DNA of 27,922 nucleotides from a virus. Taxonomy: Duplodnaviria > Caudoviricetes. Location of the stretch: the IMG/VR virus record IMGVR_UViG_3300048882_000040, positions 1-27,922 of that record. The stretch is one strand, 5' to 3'. Of this stretch, positions 24,499-27,922 are shown one piece after another. The position numbers were made by a program, and so were the translations under genes. Within the stretch, counting starts at the first letter, position 1; each line of letters opens with the position of its first letter. The notes under the pieces are model-generated. The model searched no databases and was not told where the DNA came from. It saw only the letters and a program-made list of their open reading frames with translations.

Positions 24499-26773
24499 AA
24501 GGAACGGAGAAAGCACTGAGTTGGATTTAGATAAAATCCATCAAATGCTAGAAAACTGTAAGAAGGAAGATTTAGGTAGAGAATTAAACGTATCAGTATC
24601 AGATACAGCACTTAACGCGCATATCAAGTTTGCTGAAGGTATGAAGACTTCTGATATTCAACAGACACTAATTAAGTCAGCAGCTGAGAAGATTAGTCCT
24701 CAAACTCCTGATTACTCTATCTTTGCAGGTAGACTGTTAGTAACAGAAATGCGTAAAGAATGTTATGGGAGTTTTCAACCTGCTCGTTTTATTGACTATA
24801 TTAAAGCTAACGTAGACTGTGGGCTGTATGATCCAATCATCTTAGAGTTATACTCTGAAGAAGAAATTGATATGTTGGAGTCGGAGATGGACTATGATAA
24901 TGATTTCGCTCGTCCTTATTCTTCTATCGTTCAGCTAGATAGCAAGTACCTAATAAAAGATGCTAAGACGGACAGACGACTAGAGATGATTCAAGAAACG
25001 TTTATGCTTATCGCTATGACTATCTTTGCGACTGAAGAAGATTGCATTGATTTAGTTATTGATATGTACAATGCATTAAAAGATGATAAAATTAGTCTAC
25101 CAACACCTATTATTAGTGGCGTTCGTACACAGTTGAAGATGTTCAGCTCTTGTTGTTTACTTCGAATGGGCGACAGTACAGAGTCTATTTTAGCTTCTGA
25201 GTATGCTCTATCATTGATGACAGCAAATAGAGCAGGTATTGGAGTGGATATGGCTCCAGTTAGAGGCATACTCGCGCCAGTTAAGAATAACACAGTAAAA
25301 CACACAGGTGCTCTACCCCTACTCAAGTCAATTGAAGCTGCTAGTAAGCAGTTCACACAGAACAGCTTACGTTCTGGAGCTACGGTGGTTAACTACCCTG
25401 TATTTAACTGGGAGATAATGGATGTATTGGAGTATAAAAATAATCAAGGTAGTAATACAAATAGGGCTCGTTTTATCGATTACACGATCGGTCTACCTGA
25501 TTTATTTCTCAAGCGTGTCTTAGCAAAAGGCGATTGGACTTTATTTAGCTCAGAAGAAGTTCCTTTACTACTATCAACGTATGGGCAACCGGAGTTATTT
25601 GACCCTGTATATGAAGAATATGAAAAAGATGAAAGTATTAGAAAAATGGTGTTACCCGCAACTGAGATATTTAATAAGCTTATTAAAGAACGGGTGGGTA
25701 CTGGGCGTATTTACATTCATTTTATTGACAACGTTAATCGTCAAGGAATGTTCGATGAGCAAATCACCCAAACCAATTTATGTAGTGAAATCTTCTTACC
25801 AACGCGTGATGTGATGTTTGAAGGTCTAAAGCAGACTAAGTTAAGTACAGACTGGTATGATTTAGATGATGGTATGGTTGCCCTATGTATCTTAGGGTGT
25901 GTAAACTTTGGTAAGTTAGACTCTATTGATGAGTTAGAGGGGCTAACAAGTATTTTAGTACGCTTCTTAGACAACCTAATTGACGTCCAAGAGTACCCAA
26001 TGGATGCTACTGAATGGCCTACTAAAGGTTATAGGTTCCTAGGTATTGGTATTAGCGACTTCGCCCACTTCTTAGCTAAAAATGAGGCTGTACTTGGCAC
26101 ACAAGCCGCCTTTAAGCTTACGCATGAATGGGCAGAGCGATTCCAATACGGCTTAGTAAGAGCAAGTATCAATTTGGCTAAAGAGAAGGGTGCTTGTTAC
26201 TACTCTGATAAGTCATTGTACTCTCAAGGAGTTATGCCAGTAGATACATATAATACTAACGTAGACCAGTTGTACCCTAATGATTTATTATGTGACTGGG
26301 AACTTCTAAGACACGAGGCTAAGGAGTACGGAATAAGAAATACAACACTTAGTGCAATTCCTCCAACTGCAAGTTCATCACTTGTGAGCAACTCAACGCA
26401 AGGTATTGATCCTATTCAAAGTACAACAGATACTTTTGAGGCCAGTAACTTCACAGTTAAGAGTTTGATTCCAGGTTTTGATAAAGAGCCTTATTATATG
26501 AGCGCATGGAGTATGCCAGGTAATAATTCTTCTGAGTACATTAAGCTTATGGCTGTACTACAGAAGTTCATTGACCAAGGTATGAGTACAAATCAATGGT
26601 ATGACCTAACCAAATTACCTAATAAGATATTAGATAGCAATAGAGTTAAAAGGGATATCCTTACAGCATGGAAATACGGACTAAAGAGTCTATACTACAT
26701 TAGAACTAAGGATAAAGAGAATAAATCAGAAACAATCGTTAGTGATTGTGAATCAGGAGCATGTAGCATATAA
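24485..26773 (+). CDS. nrdA: Class I ribonucleotide reductase alpha subunit
   Basis: ATP cone (ITKRNG), PTP, SSCC, TNLCSEI, PTASSS, KSLYY tyrosine pair, C-terminal CESGAC. Confidence 0.93.
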   Translation: MLITKRNGESTELDLDKIHQMLENCKKEDLGRELNVSVSDTALNAHIKFAEGMKTSDIQQTLIKSAAEKISPQTPDYSIFAGRLLVTEMRKECYGSFQPARFIDYIKANVDCGLYDPIILELYSEEEIDMLESEMDYDNDFARPYSSIVQLDSKYLIKDAKTDRRLEMIQETFMLIAMTIFATEEDCIDLVIDMYNALKDDKISLPTPIISGVRTQLKMFSSCCLLRMGDSTESILASEYALSLMTANRAGIGVDMAPVRGILAPVKNNTVKHTGALPLLKSIEAASKQFTQNSLRSGATVVNYPVFNWEIMDVLEYKNNQGSNTNRARFIDYTIGLPDLFLKRVLAKGDWTLFSSEEVPLLLSTYGQPELFDPVYEEYEKDESIRKMVLPATEIFNKLIKERVGTGRIYIHFIDNVNRQGMFDEQITQTNLCSEIFLPTRDVMFEGLKQTKLSTDWYDLDDGMVALCILGCVNFGKLDSIDELEGLTSILVRFLDNLIDVQEYPMDATEWPTKGYRFLGIGISDFAHFLAKNEAVLGTQAAFKLTHEWAERFQYGLVRASINLAKEKGACYYSDKSLYSQGVMPVDTYNTNVDQLYPNDLLCDWELLRHEAKEYGIRNTTLSAIPPTASSSLVSNSTQGIDPIQSTTDTFEASNFTVKSLIPGFDKEPYYMSAWSMPGNNSSEYIKLMAVLQKFIDQGMSTNQWYDLTKLPNKILDSNRVKRDILTAWKYGLKSLYYIRTKDKENKSETIVSDCESGACSI

Positions 26774-26988
26774 TGGATAAAATTAACCCAGACCACTATA
26801 ATAGACACCCCTCAGGGATCAGTGCTATTCAAATTACGGAACATATGAATTTCTGTTTAGGAAATGTTATAAAGTATGTTTGGAGAGCAGATGAAAAACA
26901 CAGAGATGGGGGTATTGAAGACCTTACCAAAGCCAAATGGTATTTAGAAAGAGAACTTGCAAGGAGACAAAGTAATGCCACTATTTGA
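26773..26988 (+). CDS. DUF3310-like protein
   Basis: INPDHY, FCLGNVIKYVWRADEK, EDLTKAKWYL. Confidence 0.85.
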   Translation: MDKINPDHYNRHPSGISAIQITEHMNFCLGNVIKYVWRADEKHRDGGIEDLTKAKWYLERELARRQSNATI

Positions 26989-27718
26989 AAATGATAATCA
27001 AAAGATAATTACCTCTGCTATAAAGCAAAAAAGATCACCTATTAACACTTGGGATAGCTTTACTAAAGCTACTCTTATCTCTCACTCTATGCCTGCAGAA
27101 GGTATGCAAGAATTAGACAGTGCCCAAGACCTTATAGCCTTTTGTGCACGAGTTAGTAACCCTAGTAACCAATTCAATAAGGAGACTAATGAGCAGTTAA
27201 TTAAGTATTTAATAAAGCACAAGCACTGGTCTCCTTTAGAGATGGTTAGTGCTACTATTGAAATAGAGACTACTAGAGATATTGGTAGACAGATGCTTAG
27301 ACATAGAAGCTTTTCATTTCAAGAGTTTAGTCAGCGCTATGCAGACCCTACTAAAGATATGAAGTTTATGTTAAGAGAGTCTAGACTACAAGATACTAAG
27401 AATAGACAAAATTCTATTCGTACAGAAGATAGTAGACTAGCAGCAATGTGGCGTATGCAACAGGACAGAGTTATCCAAACAGCTCTAGAGGCTTATAAGT
27501 TTGCTATTGATAATGGTATAGCTAAAGAGCAGGCTCGCGTAGTATTGCCAGAAGGTAATACAATGTCTAGACTTTATATGAATGGCACACTTCGTTCATG
27601 GGTTCACTACATTGAGCTTAGAAGTGCTAATGGTACTCAGCTTGAACATATTGAAGTAGCTCAAGCGTGCGCCAGAGAGATTGCTAAGATATTTCCATTA
27701 ATGGAGGAGTTACTATGA
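26975..27718 (+). CDS. thyX: Flavin-dependent thymidylate synthase
   Basis: ARVSNP, HWSPLE, RHRSFSFQEFSQRY, KEQARVVLP, TQLEH; AAGGAG SD before ATG 26975. Confidence 0.95.
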   Translation: MPLFENDNQKIITSAIKQKRSPINTWDSFTKATLISHSMPAEGMQELDSAQDLIAFCARVSNPSNQFNKETNEQLIKYLIKHKHWSPLEMVSATIEIETTRDIGRQMLRHRSFSFQEFSQRYADPTKDMKFMLRESRLQDTKNRQNSIRTEDSRLAAMWRMQQDRVIQTALEAYKFAIDNGIAKEQARVVLPEGNTMSRLYMNGTLRSWVHYIELRSANGTQLEHIEVAQACAREIAKIFPLMEELL

Positions 27719-27922
27719 GTTTATACGACCCACATATTAAACAATGGTTTAAAGATAGGGGTATTACCAAAAATAGTACGCCACAAACACAGGCGCTAAA
27801 GTCCTTAGAAGAAGTAACGGAACTATTAGTAGCTATACAGGCAGAAGACAAAGTTGAAATGATGGATGCTGTAGGAGATATATACGTAACCTTAGTAGGA
27901 GTATGTGAAACAGGAGGACTAG
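27715..27922 (+). CDS. MazG-like nucleotide pyrophosphohydrolase (truncated by window end)
   Basis: Hand-translated MSLYDPHIKQWFKDRGI...QALKSLEEVTEL...MDAVGDIYVTL (EExxE...DxxGD); GGAGG SD; ATGA overlap. Confidence 0.75.
   Translation, partial: MSLYDPHIKQWFKDRGITKNSTPQTQALKSLEEVTELLVAIQAEDKVEMMDAVGDIYVTLVGVCETGGL

Noticed and set aside
50-25974. All minus-strand ORFs in the track
   Set aside because: Each is the antisense shadow of a well-supported + strand gene, with no motifs; all promoters point +
13052-26773. Inteins, introns or homing endonucleases in helicase, pol or nrdA
   Set aside because: Proteins are normal or short with continuous motifs; no LAGLIDADG, HNH or splice-junction signatures seen
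1-27922. tRNA genes, CRISPR arrays, integrase or transposase
   Set aside because: None recognised by eye; intergenic gaps are short and explained by promoters and terminators, though tRNAscan was not run

Overview
AT-rich segment of a T5-like (Demerecviridae-type) lytic phage, probably aquatic or marine given PhoH, ThyX and a MazG-like gene. All credible genes are on the + strand. About 7.96-27.9 kb is a near-complete T5-type early/replication module: D3, D2, PC4-like protein, split NAD ligase A/B, D5, D6 helicase, primase, family A polymerase, D10, D11, D12/D13, D14, D15, then NrdA, DUF3310-like, ThyX and a truncated MazG-like gene. It carries five near-perfect sigma70 promoters that share extra conserved bases. 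About 0.1-7.9 kb is an accessory block made almost entirely of membrane or exported proteins. It contains a structured leader, an enlarged T5 p143-like protein, a possible non-canonical lysis cassette and phoH. Coupled to phoH is a six-gene cassette (five signal-peptide proteins with paired Cys, plus one membrane-anchored coiled coil) resembling a minimal pilus/fimbria-like surface assembly system; this is the best candidate for an undescribed system. All family calls come from motifs and recalled similarity, not database searches.
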